5,924 bases of DNA from a virus. Both the position numbers and the translations under genes were made by a program. Location of the stretch: positions 1-5,924 of the IMG/VR virus record IMGVR_UViG_3300030243_000892; one strand, 5' to 3'. Under the pieces are notes generated by a model that saw only the letters and a list, made by a program, of their open reading frames with translations, made no database searches and was not told the DNA's origin. Below, one piece after another: positions 5,695 through 5,924 of the stretch. Position 1 is the first letter of the stretch. Each line of letters begins with the position of its first letter.

Positions 5695-5706
5695 CCTTCC
5701 TTCCTT
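5691..5706. repeat. (CCTT)4 tetranucleotide tract between copies B and C
   Basis: ccttccttccttcctt is read directly at 5691-5706. Confidence 0.8.
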
Positions 5707-5707
5707 C

Positions 5708-5802
5708 AAGGCCAAGGGGCGGACAGGGTACGAGCCGACCGCAGGGAGCCCGTAGGGTGGCGAAGCCATCTCGTTCCCTGTCAGACACGCAGTGCCGCCC
5801 TT
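5708..5802 (+). repeat. Structured repeat copy C: direct repeat of copy B (period 109 nt, about 96% identical)
   Basis: cggacagggTacgag (5720-5734) pairs with ctcgtTccctgtcag (5770-5784). The T:T mismatch (5729/5775) is retained, and there is one extra mismatch (g5721/a5783). The loop (5735-5769) is ccgaccgcagggagcccgtagggtggcgaagccat, with GCGAAGC at 5760-5766. Confidence 0.75.
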
Positions 5803-5825
5803 GTCTGGTCGTAGTGCGAGCTTGC

Positions 5826-5924
5826 GAGCCTAACGGCCAGACGCGCACCCGAGGGAAAACGGACAGGAGGGAGCTTGCGACTGGATGCGTTTTCCCGTGC
5901 GCAGAGCATCGTTCTTGACGGATT
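5826..5924. repeat. Terminal direct repeat, copy 2 (same sequence as 1-99)
   Basis: Identical to 1-99. It duplicates the hairpin (5843-5902) and the first part of the candidate promoter. Confidence 0.95.

Noticed and set aside
5302-5769. Minus-strand 155-aa ORF across the repeat array
   Set aside because: It is generated by reading through the direct repeats, so its peptide contains repeated segments. It overlaps hairpin DNA, and an open frame here is best explained by GC-rich repeats lacking stop codons.
5423-5802. CRISPR array interpretation of the three repeats
   Set aside because: The units are about 65-95 nt, far longer than CRISPR repeats. B and C are separated by only ~15 nt, and copy A differs throughout its stem. 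The units are long hairpins with large loops, not short repeats with unique spacers.
1-5924. Terminal repeats as LTR/TIR of a mobile element or a biologically redundant linear genome
   Set aside because: The repeat is direct, exact, 99 nt long and ends precisely at both contig edges. The gene content is that of a circular ssDNA phage. A circular-assembly overlap is the simplest explanation.

Overview
The window is one complete circular ssDNA phage genome of the family Microviridae, with gokushovirus-like rather than phiX174-like architecture. It was linearised with an exact 99-nt terminal overlap (1-99 = 5826-5924), so the unit length is 5825 nt. All credible genes are on the + strand. In order they are: a small signal-peptide/lipobox ORF (124-342), a VP2-like DNA pilot protein (254-1159), the major capsid protein VP1 (1172-2797), a 220-aa protein with a disordered tail in the scaffold position (2790-3449), a small acidic ORF (3433-3672, possibly starting at 3190), the HUH rolling-circle Rep VP4 (3805-4974), and a 205-aa hyperbasic ORF overprinted on the Rep 3' end (4737-5354). 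A GAAAGG(C) motif lies 7-11 nt upstream of the ATG of six of these reading frames. The remaining ~594 nt (5355-5825 plus 1-123, about 10% of the genome) is non-coding and heavily structured. It holds three copies of a long stem-loop with a conserved 35-nt loop, covarying stems and an embedded GCGAAGC mini-hairpin, plus further hairpins and a (CCTT)4 tract. Protein identifications rest on remembered family motifs, sizes and gene order; no homology search was possible. The most interesting items are the structured repeat array (a candidate complementary-strand origin), the lipobox/TM mini-ORF (a candidate lysis or exclusion protein) and the two overprinted ORFs.
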